A DNA stretch of 42,903 nucleotides from Bacteroidota bacterium (GTDB lineage Bacteria > Bacteroidota > Bacteroidia > NS11-12g > UBA955). Shown here piece after piece: positions 20,689-29,802 of the stretch (position 1 is its first letter; every line of letters starts with the position of its first letter). The stretch is from the NCBI GenBank assembly GCA_046047755.1, contig JBJOHK010000066.1:1-42903 (forward strand), in the 5' to 3' direction. Both the position numbers and the translations under genes were made by a program. Below the pieces are notes generated by a model, which worked only from the letters and a program-made list of their open reading frames with translations, searched no databases and had not been told where the DNA came from.

Positions 20689-22102
20689 AACAAAAGAAGA
20701 GATGGATAGTATAAAATTTGGAACTGACGGCTGGCGAGCCATTATCGCCGATACATTTACCGTAAGCAATGTAAATCGCGTGGCATGGGCTACGGCTAAG
20801 TGGCTGCAAACCGAACCATTGGAAAACCACTGCGTAGTAGGTTATGACTGCCGATTTGGCGGTAAGTTGTTCGCGGAAGAAACAGCCTGTGTACTGGCTT
20901 CAGAAGGAATAAAGGTGAGTCTCTCCCCCTCTTTTGTGAGCACACCGATGATTTCACTCGCTGCTTTTACACTAAAAGCAGGTGCCGGTATCATATTGAC
21001 GGCCAGCCATAACCCTCCCTCCTACAATGGTTTCAAAATAAAAGCCCATTACGGGGGTCCTGCCACACCTGCCGAGGTGAGCAAAGTCGAAGACCTTATT
21101 CCTGATTCACCGGTCCTTTTGAATCGTGGATTGGAAGATTACATAGCTCAAGGAATGATTGAATACGTGGATTTTGAATCCATGTACATCCAGCATTGCC
21201 AGAAGCAATTTGACATGGCACTTCTAGAGAAGAATGCCTCAAAATTGGCCTATGATGCCATGTATGGAGCCGGCCAAACAGCCGTAAGAAAAATGCTACC
21301 TGCCGCTCACTTTTTGCACGCCGATTACAACCCAAGTTTCATGGGAAGGGCTCCCGAACCCATTGCCAAGAACTTACCCGAATTGAGCGCTCTGATTGCT
21401 GAAACTCCCGAACTAACCTGTGGACTAGCTACCGATGGCGATGCTGATCGAATTGGATTTTTTGATGAGAACGGAACATTCGTAGATTCCCACCATTTGA
21501 TCTTGTTGCTGATCGAATATTTGACCGAATTCAAAGGCTATTCTGGCAAAGTGGTCAAGAGTTTTTCCGTGAGCGACAAGGTTCAGGCCTTGGCTGATTT
21601 AAAGGGCTTGGAAACCATTACCACAAAAATTGGATTCAAATACATCTGCGAACATATGGTCACCGATGATGTTCTGATTGGTGCAGAGGAAAGCGGAGGA
21701 ATAGCCATAAAGGGTCACATACCCGAACGCGATGGAGTTTGGATGGGATTGGTCATCATGGAATATTGTGCCAAAACCGGAAAAACCGTTTCCCAACTCA
21801 TTCAAGACATTTATGCCAAAGTGGGCTCATTCGCTGTAGAACGCTATGACCTTCACATAAATAATGACTTGAAATTATCCATAATAGAAAACTGCAATTC
21901 AAACAATTACAAATCTTTTGGAGATTATCAAGTCACATCAATGGAAGATACTGATGGGTTCAAGTTCCGACTGAACACTGGGGCTTGGGTCATGATTCGC
22001 CCTAGCGGCACTGAGCCTGTTCTCCGAGTCTACAGCGAAGCCGCAAACAGCGAAGAAGCTTTCCGAATATTGGACGCTACCAAAGCCACCATTTTGAATT
22101 GA
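20681..22102 (+). CDS. Phosphoglucomutase/phosphomannomutase family
   Basis: FGTDGWR, TASHNP, DGDADR, EESGG and RPSGTEP. Start at 20681 or 20702. Confidence 0.93.
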   Translation: MDKTKEEMDSIKFGTDGWRAIIADTFTVSNVNRVAWATAKWLQTEPLENHCVVGYDCRFGGKLFAEETACVLASEGIKVSLSPSFVSTPMISLAAFTLKAGAGIILTASHNPPSYNGFKIKAHYGGPATPAEVSKVEDLIPDSPVLLNRGLEDYIAQGMIEYVDFESMYIQHCQKQFDMALLEKNASKLAYDAMYGAGQTAVRKMLPAAHFLHADYNPSFMGRAPEPIAKNLPELSALIAETPELTCGLATDGDADRIGFFDENGTFVDSHHLILLLIEYLTEFKGYSGKVVKSFSVSDKVQALADLKGLETITTKIGFKYICEHMVTDDVLIGAEESGGIAIKGHIPERDGVWMGLVIMEYCAKTGKTVSQLIQDIYAKVGSFAVERYDLHINNDLKLSIIENCNSNNYKSFGDYQVTSMEDTDGFKFRLNTGAWVMIRPSGTEPVLRVYSEAANSEEAFRILDATKATILN

Positions 22103-22106
22103 GTCC

Positions 22107-22937
22107 ATGAACCTCATTGACATCAGGGCCTCTGCAGGGAGTAAAAATCCAAATCTGCTCAAATGGGTGCCCAAATTTGTCTGGAATTGGTTGGCAGGCT
22201 TCATTCATGAAAAGGAACTGAATGATATTTTGATTCAAGGCAGCCGTATGAGCGGCCTGGAATTCTCTCAATTTTCTTTGGATTACCTAGGTGCAGCCTT
22301 GCAAGTGAGCGGATTGGAACACATCCCGAGCGAAAACCCCTGCATTGTGGCTGCGAATCATCCGCTGGGAGGATTGGATGGATTAGCGCTAATTGCAGCA
22401 ATTGGCAAGAAAAGAACCGATTCTAAAATCATTGTCAATGATTTGTTATTGGCCGTAGAACCAATGAAAGAGCATTTCATAGGGGTGAACAAATTCGGTC
22501 AAAGCGCTCGTCAGCAGTTGAAAGAGATTGAAGTTGAATACGCCAAACCCCAAGTCATGGCTCTTTTCCCTTCTGGGTATGTATCCCGAGTAGTAGACGG
22601 GAAAATTCAAGACATTCAATGGACTAAAGCCTTCATCAGTAAAGCTAAGCAGTATAACAAGCCCATTATTCCTTGTTTCATAGAGGGGCAGAACTCTCCT
22701 CGTTTTTATCGCATTGCGGTATGGCGCAAACGATTGGGAATCAAGGCTAATCTGGAGATGTTCACCTTACCTGATGAGATGACCAAACAAAAAGGGAAAA
22801 CGATTCATATACGATTTGGGCCCGCCATTCAACCGGAGCAATTTGATAAGCAGCAAAGTGATCAACAATGGGCCGACAAGGTGCGTGATTATGTGTACAC
22901 CCTTCAAAAGGGGGATAATACGCTTTTCTCAGCCTAA
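22107..22937 (+). CDS. PlsC-family acyltransferase (GlsA-like O-acyltransferase)
   Basis: NHPLGGLDG (HxxxxD) and LFPSG. Adjacent to a GNAT N-acyltransferase. Confidence 0.8.
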   Translation: MNLIDIRASAGSKNPNLLKWVPKFVWNWLAGFIHEKELNDILIQGSRMSGLEFSQFSLDYLGAALQVSGLEHIPSENPCIVAANHPLGGLDGLALIAAIGKKRTDSKIIVNDLLLAVEPMKEHFIGVNKFGQSARQQLKEIEVEYAKPQVMALFPSGYVSRVVDGKIQDIQWTKAFISKAKQYNKPIIPCFIEGQNSPRFYRIAVWRKRLGIKANLEMFTLPDEMTKQKGKTIHIRFGPAIQPEQFDKQQSDQQWADKVRDYVYTLQKGDNTLFSA

Positions 22938-22969
22938 TTCGCTTTAAACCCAGAAGCTTAGATTTGAGT

Positions 22970-23911
22970 ATGCCGTTCGAAGATTTGATACCGCCCATTG
23001 ATCGACATGTTCTTAAAGCTGAATTGACCCGAGATATTTTCGTTCGACCTACGAATTATCTGCAAAACGAGATCTACATATTCAACGGGAACGAAAAGCC
23101 CAATCTCCTATTGGAAATTGGACGACTTCGTGAATTAAGCTTCCGAACAGCAGGGGGTGGCACTGGTAAAGCCTGCGACTTAGACGAGTATGACCAGGGT
23201 CCCTACGCCTACAATCAAATCGTAGTATGGAACCCCGAACAAGAGGAAATTGTAGGTGCTTATCGGTATGTGATTTGCGAAAAAAATCGAGACCCGCAAG
23301 GCCAATACCACCTCTCTACCTCGGAGATATTAGAATTCAGCGAGCAGTTAAAGTCGCATTACTTTCCCTACACCATTGAACTCGGGCGTTCCTTTGTTCA
23401 ACCCAAGTTTCAACCCAGCGCCGAAAACAAACAGGGTTTATTTTCCCTCGATAATTTATGGGATGGCTTGGGTGCTCTGGTAGTCGATCACCCAGAGATT
23501 CGATATTTTTTTGGCAAAATAACCATGTACAATGACTTCAATAAAGAGGCGCGTGACATGATTTTGGCCTTCATGCATCGATTCTTCCCTGATGAGGAAA
23601 TCTTGGTTCGCCCCTTTGAACCCTTGCTAGCGGAGAGCCCATGCGAAGGCTTTATCTCCGAAATCGAAGGGATGGATTACAAATCGGCCTTTAAGATATT
23701 GAGCCAATCCGTTCGTGCCTTAGGGGAGAATATTCCTCCCTTGTTCAGTAGCTATATGAACCTAAGCCCCACCATGAAAACCTTTGGAACGGCCATTAAC
23801 AATCACTTCGGGTACGTAGAAGAAACGGGTGTCATGGTCACCATCGATGACATTTACGAAAGTAAAAAAGAGCGCCACATCCAGTCCTACCTGGATTTTA
23901 AGAATCAATAA
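22970..23911 (+). CDS. GNAT N-acyltransferase (GlsB/OlsB-like, aminolipid synthesis)
   Basis: EIGRLRELSFR..GGGTG..CDLDEYD, IVGAYR, IELGRSFV, LDNLWDGLG and IPPLFSSY. Confidence 0.82.
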   Translation: MPFEDLIPPIDRHVLKAELTRDIFVRPTNYLQNEIYIFNGNEKPNLLLEIGRLRELSFRTAGGGTGKACDLDEYDQGPYAYNQIVVWNPEQEEIVGAYRYVICEKNRDPQGQYHLSTSEILEFSEQLKSHYFPYTIELGRSFVQPKFQPSAENKQGLFSLDNLWDGLGALVVDHPEIRYFFGKITMYNDFNKEARDMILAFMHRFFPDEEILVRPFEPLLAESPCEGFISEIEGMDYKSAFKILSQSVRALGENIPPLFSSYMNLSPTMKTFGTAINNHFGYVEETGVMVTIDDIYESKKERHIQSYLDFKNQ

Positions 23912-26166
23912 TCTGATTCCCAGAGCATCCAGAATCGGTGAACCCCTTGGTCATCGATGACTTCCATCGGGTAAAGACCAGAGGGTAAAAACGTAAGGGA
24001 TACTGTAGAGCTGGTTTTAAAATCAGCGAGATACATGACTTGTGTTCCAGCCGTGTTATACATTCGAACGGCACAAACTCCCACAGGGCCTTTGATTCTC
24101 AAATTTCCTTCGGCATCAGCATAGGCGCGGTATTCCAAAGATTCGAAATCTTCTATCCAACCCGCCAGTTGGGCTACAGTTTTAAGACCCTTGTAAGCCT
24201 GAATCTTTCCTAATCCGTAGATGGCATTGGAATCAGTACCTGTGAAAGTATCGCGCAACGCACTCATTCTCAAAACCATGCGAATGTCGTCAACGCTTAA
24301 TTTTGGATTGGCTTGGAGATACAAGGCTACAATACCTGCGGCATGAGGGGAAGCCATCGATGTGCCTGAAAACAATACGTAATACACCGGCTGACCATTC
24401 CAACTGTCCAAGGAGACAATTGGGTCTTTCAACCAACCCGGAACTTGCATGCGATGCAGCGCAGACGCAATGTTTTGACCCGGTGCCGAGACATCGGGTT
24501 TCATACGGTGCTGTCCACTCAAATCATTGACCGAAACGGGCATGGGCCCATTGGAAGAGAAACTGGCGATTTCTCCTACCTTGAGCCAGGGTTGGGATTT
24601 GTATCCATTGTAAGCTGAAATCCATTCGTTTCGAGCCGTGTAAGCACCAACACTGAGTGTTTGTCGGCCCGATCCTCCATTTTCACCTACCGTAAAGCTA
24701 CGCGTTCCTTTCAGGTATTGAGTACCGAATGATGTGCCTTTGTGGCCATTCAAGAATCCACCCGATGTCCAGCGGTAGGTTTGGCCACTGTTCCAAGCGT
24801 GTACGGTGGGACCAACGAATCCTATGCGTATGTACTGGCGCTTGGCATTGTTACTTTCGGCCATGAGCCAAATGTTCGGCTTTTTGGAAACGGAATTGTA
24901 CTGCTCCACCCATCTTAACCAAAGTGTATCGGTACCCGACACCAAAGTTTGGGCCTGAAGACCGCAGGTCAAGCAATCTCCGACTTGATTCCATTCAGAA
25001 GCCACGAGTTCATTACCGAAGGTATCCACCAGGGCCACCTGAACAGATAGTGCGACGATCATGCGCTGGCCCCAAATGTCTACATATACGTTCTCGTGAA
25101 GGTAAGAATTCCTTGATCGATCAATAGCGATAGAATAAAATGTGTCCTGCATACTCTTACCCTCCCAGCCTACGTGCATAGCATTATTAGCATCGTTTCC
25201 TGCAGCCCCGACCATTACATGACCGGGATTCGACAAACTCTCGACGCTTAAATCAAACAAGGAAGTTCCGTCGTGTGGACCGGTGTGCATTCCCCAACTC
25301 AAATTCGTTACAACGGGCTGATTGCGTTCGACACCGAGCTTGAACAGATAATCGTAAGCGTCAATAATAGTAGGATTAGCGACCAAATAATCGCCCAAAG
25401 CACTCCCATCTAGGGTATCATTTTTATAAGCGATGTTTACAAAGGCAATGTCCGACTCGGGAGCCATGCCTTTGTAACGGTTATTGGGAGATTTGAATCC
25501 TGACCCGGCGGCAATCCCCGCCACGTGAGTACCATGAGAATGCCATGGGTCGATATTGGACACAATCGATGACGAATCCTTGAATTCAGCTCCGTAAAAG
25601 AAACCTTGTGGTGGGGTTCCCGCTACCGATTGATTCCAAAATCGACAAACCCGATAACGGGATCCATCTTCGTTGTAAAAGGTTGGATGGTCGGTTTGAA
25701 ATCCAATGTCCACAATACCCACTAGCACCCCTTTCCCGGTGTAATCTTGGGACAAATCGTTTTGCAATCCCTGATGAGCCCTATCAACATCTGATAAAAT
25801 TCGAGAGGTGTCGTTCAAGGGCCTGGGACTGTTGATGCGTGAAGCTGCATCTATGTATTTCAACTTAGGATGCTGAACCAAAGCAGACAGAGCAAAGGGT
25901 TCAATGGAAAGCGTAACCCCTCGCCCAATGCTCCAATCAAATTCACGTTCTATGCGAACACCTTCAGGTGCTTGAAAATCTTCAGCGACCCAAGCCAGGG
26001 CCAAAATTTTCCCATCTACTAACACATACATGCGCGAAGCCAGCTCTGGGTCTAATAACACAGCCGTTGAGGGAGAGAGTACCGAATGCTTAAACGTTGC
26101 ATTCTGGCCCATTCCCACCGTGCTCAGCATCACCAAAATGGACAAACAGAAGAGTTTTTTTACCAT
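23905..26166 (-). CDS. S8 subtilisin-like serine protease with a probable T9SS C-terminal domain
   Basis: Catalytic triad GIVDIG, HGTHVAGIAAG and GTSMASPH. Signal peptide present, with a C-terminal MYNTAG...LPSGLY segment. Confidence 0.9.
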   Translation of the reverse strand: MVKKLFCLSILVMLSTVGMGQNATFKHSVLSPSTAVLLDPELASRMYVLVDGKILALAWVAEDFQAPEGVRIEREFDWSIGRGVTLSIEPFALSALVQHPKLKYIDAASRINSPRPLNDTSRILSDVDRAHQGLQNDLSQDYTGKGVLVGIVDIGFQTDHPTFYNEDGSRYRVCRFWNQSVAGTPPQGFFYGAEFKDSSSIVSNIDPWHSHGTHVAGIAAGSGFKSPNNRYKGMAPESDIAFVNIAYKNDTLDGSALGDYLVANPTIIDAYDYLFKLGVERNQPVVTNLSWGMHTGPHDGTSLFDLSVESLSNPGHVMVGAAGNDANNAMHVGWEGKSMQDTFYSIAIDRSRNSYLHENVYVDIWGQRMIVALSVQVALVDTFGNELVASEWNQVGDCLTCGLQAQTLVSGTDTLWLRWVEQYNSVSKKPNIWLMAESNNAKRQYIRIGFVGPTVHAWNSGQTYRWTSGGFLNGHKGTSFGTQYLKGTRSFTVGENGGSGRQTLSVGAYTARNEWISAYNGYKSQPWLKVGEIASFSSNGPMPVSVNDLSGQHRMKPDVSAPGQNIASALHRMQVPGWLKDPIVSLDSWNGQPVYYVLFSGTSMASPHAAGIVALYLQANPKLSVDDIRMVLRMSALRDTFTGTDSNAIYGLGKIQAYKGLKTVAQLAGWIEDFESLEYRAYADAEGNLRIKGPVGVCAVRMYNTAGTQVMYLADFKTSSTVSLTFLPSGLYPMEVIDDQGVHRFWMLWESDY

Positions 26167-26171
26167 CGTTC

Positions 26172-26196
26172 CAAAGATAAGGGCCGTCTATCTTTG
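26172..26196. promoter_or_regulatory. Back-to-back -7 elements (TATCTTTG on both strands, 9-bp gap)
   Basis: CAAAGATA-AGGGCCGTC-TATCTTTG lies between the divergent starts at 26166 and 26207. Confidence 0.75.
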
Positions 26197-26206
26197 TGGA
26201 ATCGTT

Positions 26207-26935
26207 ATGGACATAGATTTGACATGGCTCGAACGCACCGAACTCTTGATTGGCCAAGAGCAATTGCTGCGTTTGAATCAATCCCATGTATTGATAGTCG
26301 GCTTAGGAGGCGTAGGAAGTTTTGCCGCTGAATTCATTGCTAGGGCTGGAATAGGCCGCTTGACCATTGTCGATGGTGACACGGTAGATGTGAGCAACAA
26401 AAACAGGCAGTTACCGGCTTTGAACAGCACAGTAGGTCGAAAAAAAGCGCAAGTAATGGCCGAGAGAATTCGAGACATCAATCCTCAAGTAGAGCTGACC
26501 GTCATTGATCACTTCCAACGCCCAGACGACACCATTGAATTGGTAAAACAACAGAGATTTGACTACGTCATGGACTGCATTGATTCCATTAGTCCTAAAA
26601 TCTACTTGATCAAAACCTGTGTGGAAGAAAAACAGCGAATTATAAGCTCTATGGGGGCGGGTGGAAAGACAGATGCCTCCAAAGTAGAGGTTGCCGACCT
26701 CTCCAAATCGCATCATTGTCCTTTTGCACGCACCTTGCGTAAACGATTGAACAAGCACCGCATTCGCAAAGGATTCAAGGTGGTATTCAATGGCGCAGAA
26801 ATCAACAAAGACAGTGTGCAGCTTACCGACGGTAGCAACTTCAAGAAATCATTTTACGGAACTATATCCTTTATGCCGGCCTTGTTTGGTCTGCGCATGG
26901 CGGCAGAGGTCATCAACGATTTGCGAAACGCTTGA
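26207..26935 (+). CDS. tcdA: tRNA threonylcarbamoyladenosine dehydratase (ThiF family)
   Basis: VGLGGVGS, DGDTVDVSNKNRQ, DCIDS, SSMGAGGK and GTISFMPALFG. The start is taken at MDIDL. Confidence 0.88.
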   Translation: MDIDLTWLERTELLIGQEQLLRLNQSHVLIVGLGGVGSFAAEFIARAGIGRLTIVDGDTVDVSNKNRQLPALNSTVGRKKAQVMAERIRDINPQVELTVIDHFQRPDDTIELVKQQRFDYVMDCIDSISPKIYLIKTCVEEKQRIISSMGAGGKTDASKVEVADLSKSHHCPFARTLRKRLNKHRIRKGFKVVFNGAEINKDSVQLTDGSNFKKSFYGTISFMPALFGLRMAAEVINDLRNA

Positions 26936-26960
26936 TCAATTCCCATATCTTTGAAACACC

Positions 26961-27410
26961 ATGAAAAAAATGTTGTTTGGAGCGGCAATGTTGGCCCTAA
27001 TGGCCTTGGCTGCGTGTGAAAAGGACCCCTCAGGGACCGACATCAAAGGAAAAACAAACCAAGAAGTATTGATGATGCAACCTTGGCACCTAACCTCCTG
27101 GACCGATTCTACAGAGAGTTTTCCTGGAGTAAATCAAAACATTGTAGAGCCTTGCTTGAAAGACGATGTTTATGAGTTCGTTAGCACTAGTCAAGTGAAA
27201 TTGACCGTCAACAACATCTGTGACGCCGAAACAGACAAAACCTTGACCTGGAGCATGCCTGACCCCAAAGGAACCGCTGTTAATTTCTTGAATTATAGCT
27301 GGAACATTGAAACAGTGGCAGCCGACAAGGTGACGATGTCGCGAGATTACCTCTTCAACATTGACGGAGTAACCTACACCATCTTCGAAATTTTGACCTT
27401 AACCAAATAA
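26961..27410 (+). CDS. Hypothetical lipoprotein (lipocalin-like)
   Basis: Lipobox LAAC, W.LTS motif, C.KDD.Y.F and a second Cys. It has its own TATCTTTG at 26946-26953. Confidence 0.72.
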   Translation: MKKMLFGAAMLALMALAACEKDPSGTDIKGKTNQEVLMMQPWHLTSWTDSTESFPGVNQNIVEPCLKDDVYEFVSTSQVKLTVNNICDAETDKTLTWSMPDPKGTAVNFLNYSWNIETVAADKVTMSRDYLFNIDGVTYTIFEILTLTK

Positions 27411-28424
27411 TCAATTCACTTGGTTCAGCCCTTCACGGGCCATTTCCAATGTAGGATCGATTTGTAAAGCCGCTTGGTAATCCAACTTAGCGGCTTTTTT
27501 ATAGCCTAATTTTTCACGGCTGTAAGCTCTAAGAGCGAGGGCCAAGGCAAAATCGGGCGACATGTCCAAGATTTGATTGCAATGCTCTTCGCTTTGAGCG
27601 TAATTCTCAAACATGTTCTCAATAACGGCCCTGTTATACCGGGCATACAAATGACCCGGATTGATTTTATTGGCGTTCTCATACAGGGCCATAGCATCGG
27701 CATAACGACCTTGCCATTGCAACCACAAGCCCTTATGATATAGGGCTTCATCGCTGAGCTCGTCTAGGGCAATTGCTTTGTCTAACCACTTCAAACACTT
27801 GTCATCTTTTCGATTTAGTAAGATTAGGGCTTTTTGCATGGTAGCATCGTAACTCTGCGCATTCACTCTAAGCAAGGCATCCAATACCGCTTCTGATTGA
27901 GTCGTATCTCCTTGCTCTCGGTATACCAGAGATTCCAGCAGATAAGCCCTATCCCTGAAATCATCTAGGGGTTTCAGAGACCTTAAATTGGCTAGGGCTT
28001 TTTCATAATCTTGACGAGCGACCCACAACCGCGCCTGTTCCATTTTCGCTTCGTGGTAATCAGATTTTAATCTCAGGGCTTCAGAAAAATGAAATTCAGC
28101 TTGTGGCGCCAAGGCGGAATCTCGCTGTAAACAAGTTTCGGCCAATCGAAAATGCACCAATGCCTGATCGGGATTCAAGGATAAACTAGCTTCCAAATCA
28201 ATTTGAGCCTCTTCAAACTGTTCTTCATAGTAGAAGGCATTTCCACGCAGGTAATACAATTCGGCGTTCCTTGGATCTCCGGCTATTCGCTTGCAAAGAG
28301 CACGAATTTCAGGAGAAAGCGTACTGTCCAAATCAGACAATACCCTAACCGTTGGACCTTCCTGAGACTGACAGGCCCAGGTTGTTAAGGCCATAAACAT
28401 CAAAAGGAAGTTCCAAGGTTTCAT
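27411..28424 (-). CDS. Tetratricopeptide-repeat lipoprotein
   Basis: Signal MKPWNFLLMFMALTTWA-C followed by tandem TPRs (AELYYLRGNAFY...ASLSLNP). Confidence 0.85.
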   Translation of the reverse strand: MKPWNFLLMFMALTTWACQSQEGPTVRVLSDLDSTLSPEIRALCKRIAGDPRNAELYYLRGNAFYYEEQFEEAQIDLEASLSLNPDQALVHFRLAETCLQRDSALAPQAEFHFSEALRLKSDYHEAKMEQARLWVARQDYEKALANLRSLKPLDDFRDRAYLLESLVYREQGDTTQSEAVLDALLRVNAQSYDATMQKALILLNRKDDKCLKWLDKAIALDELSDEALYHKGLWLQWQGRYADAMALYENANKINPGHLYARYNRAVIENMFENYAQSEEHCNQILDMSPDFALALALRAYSREKLGYKKAAKLDYQAALQIDPTLEMAREGLNQVN

Positions 28425-28512
28425 GGTACTCGGGACGGGTTTCGAACCCGTACTGCCACTGCTGGCAACAGGATTTTAAGTCCTGCGCGTCTACCTGTTC
28501 CGCCACCCGAGC
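28424..28512 (-). tRNA. tRNA-Leu (anticodon TAA), CCA encoded
   Basis: Acceptor stem GCTCGGG/CCCGAGT followed by ACCA. D-arm GGCGGAACAGGTAGACGC, anticodon arm CAGGA-CTTAAAA-TCCTG, long variable arm, T-arm ACGGG-TTCGAAA-CCCGT. TAATTTCG lies upstream at 28520-28527. Confidence 0.96.
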
Positions 28513-28524
28513 AAGGATGCGAAA

Positions 28525-29763
28525 TTAATCAAAGTATCCCGGATTTTGGACTTCAATTAAGGTTTGTTCAATGATGGTCAAGGCTTGGTTCAATTGGGTA
28601 TCATTAATGACCAATGGAGGAGCAAACCGAATGATATGTTCGTGCGTCTGCTTGGCCAATAATCCATTCTTCATCAATGCCTTACAAACATCATAGGCTG
28701 TCCTTCCCTCTCCAAATGGTTGAATCACTACCGCATTCAGCAAACCCTTTCCTCGAATGGTTTTGATCAAATTGGAATTGATTTTAGCCAATCCTGATCG
28801 AAAAACTTCACCTTGACGCTCGGCATTTTCTATGAGATTTTCGTCAATCAGCACTTCAACGGCTGCCTTAGCAACCGCACAAGCAAGCGGATTACCTCCA
28901 AAAGTTGAACCGTGTTGACCTGGTTTTAATGTATTCATGATTTCATGAGAAGCCAAAACGGCCGAAACGGGCAATACACCTCCGCTTAGGGCTTTACCCA
29001 AAATCAAGATATCAGGTTTAACGCCCGCATGGTCACAGGCCAACATTCTACCTGTGCGACCCAAGCCCGTTTGAACTTCATCGGCTATAAACAGCACTTG
29101 GTAGCGGGTACACAAATCTCTAACGCCCTTCAGATATCCTTCATCGGGCACTATAACACCCGCTTCTCCTTGAATAGGCTCTACCATGAAGGCCGCAACA
29201 TTGGGGTTTTGCAAGGCCTTCTCCAAGGCTGCCAAGTCATTATACGGCACTCGCTCAAAGCCTGGCATGAAAGGCCCAAAATTACCAAAGCTGTCAGGGT
29301 CGCTAGAGCTGCTTACGGCGGCTAAGGTTCTTCCCCAGAAATTGTCTTCGGCAAAAATTACTGTGGCTTGGTTCTCTGGTACCTTTTTTACTTCATATGC
29401 CCATTTTCTAGCGAGTTTAACCGCCGTTTCACCTCCCTCTACTCCCGTATTCATTGGCAATAGGCGATCAAAACCAAGCGTATCACACATGAATTTCTCA
29501 TACGGACCCAATTGGTCATTGTGAAAAGCTCTACTGGTCAGGGTGAGTTGTTCCGATTGATCACGCAGGGCTGATAGGATTCGCGGGTGACAATGACCCT
29601 GATTCACGGCTGAGTAGGCAGACAAAAAATCCAAATAGGCATGTCCATCAACGTCATAAACCCAAACACCGCTTCCTCGTTTCAACACTACGGGCAAGGG
29701 GTGATAATTGTGGGCACCGTAGTGATTTTCAAGGTCGATATAAGATTGGGAAAGCTCTGACAT
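28525..29763 (-). CDS. rocD: Ornithine aminotransferase
   Basis: [48 protein letters not shown] and [10 protein letters not shown]. Confidence 0.94.
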   Translation of the reverse strand: MSELSQSYIDLENHYGAHNYHPLPVVLKRGSGVWVYDVDGHAYLDFLSAYSAVNQGHCHPRILSALRDQSEQLTLTSRAFHNDQLGPYEKFMCDTLGFDRLLPMNTGVEGGETAVKLARKWAYEVKKVPENQATVIFAEDNFWGRTLAAVSSSSDPDSFGNFGPFMPGFERVPYNDLAALEKALQNPNVAAFMVEPIQGEAGVIVPDEGYLKGVRDLCTRYQVLFIADEVQTGLGRTGRMLACDHAGVKPDILILGKALSGGVLPVSAVLASHEIMNTLKPGQHGSTFGGNPLACAVAKAAVEVLIDENLIENAERQGEVFRSGLAKINSNLIKTIRGKGLLNAVVIQPFGEGRTAYDVCKALMKNGLLAKQTHEHIIRFAPPLVINDTQLNQALTIIEQTLIEVQNPGYFD

Positions 29764-29767
29764 GCTT

Positions 29768-29798
29768 CGAAATTAATAGTTCCCACCCGTTATCTTTG
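29768..29798. promoter_or_regulatory. Back-to-back -7 elements (TAATTTCG minus 29768-29775; TATCTTTG plus 29791-29798)
   Basis: Each ends 4 nt before a start codon (29763 minus, 29803 plus). Confidence 0.68.
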
Positions 29799-29802
29799 GA
29801 CA

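Noticed and set aside
27408-27413. Convergent genes abutting with no gap (also a 7-bp overlap at 23905-23911)
   Set aside because: This is common in compact genomes and there is no evidence of antisense regulation from sequence alone.
28380-28430. tRNA 3' end as an integration site
   Set aside because: I found no integrase, no duplicated tRNA 3' fragment and no foreign-looking genes nearby.
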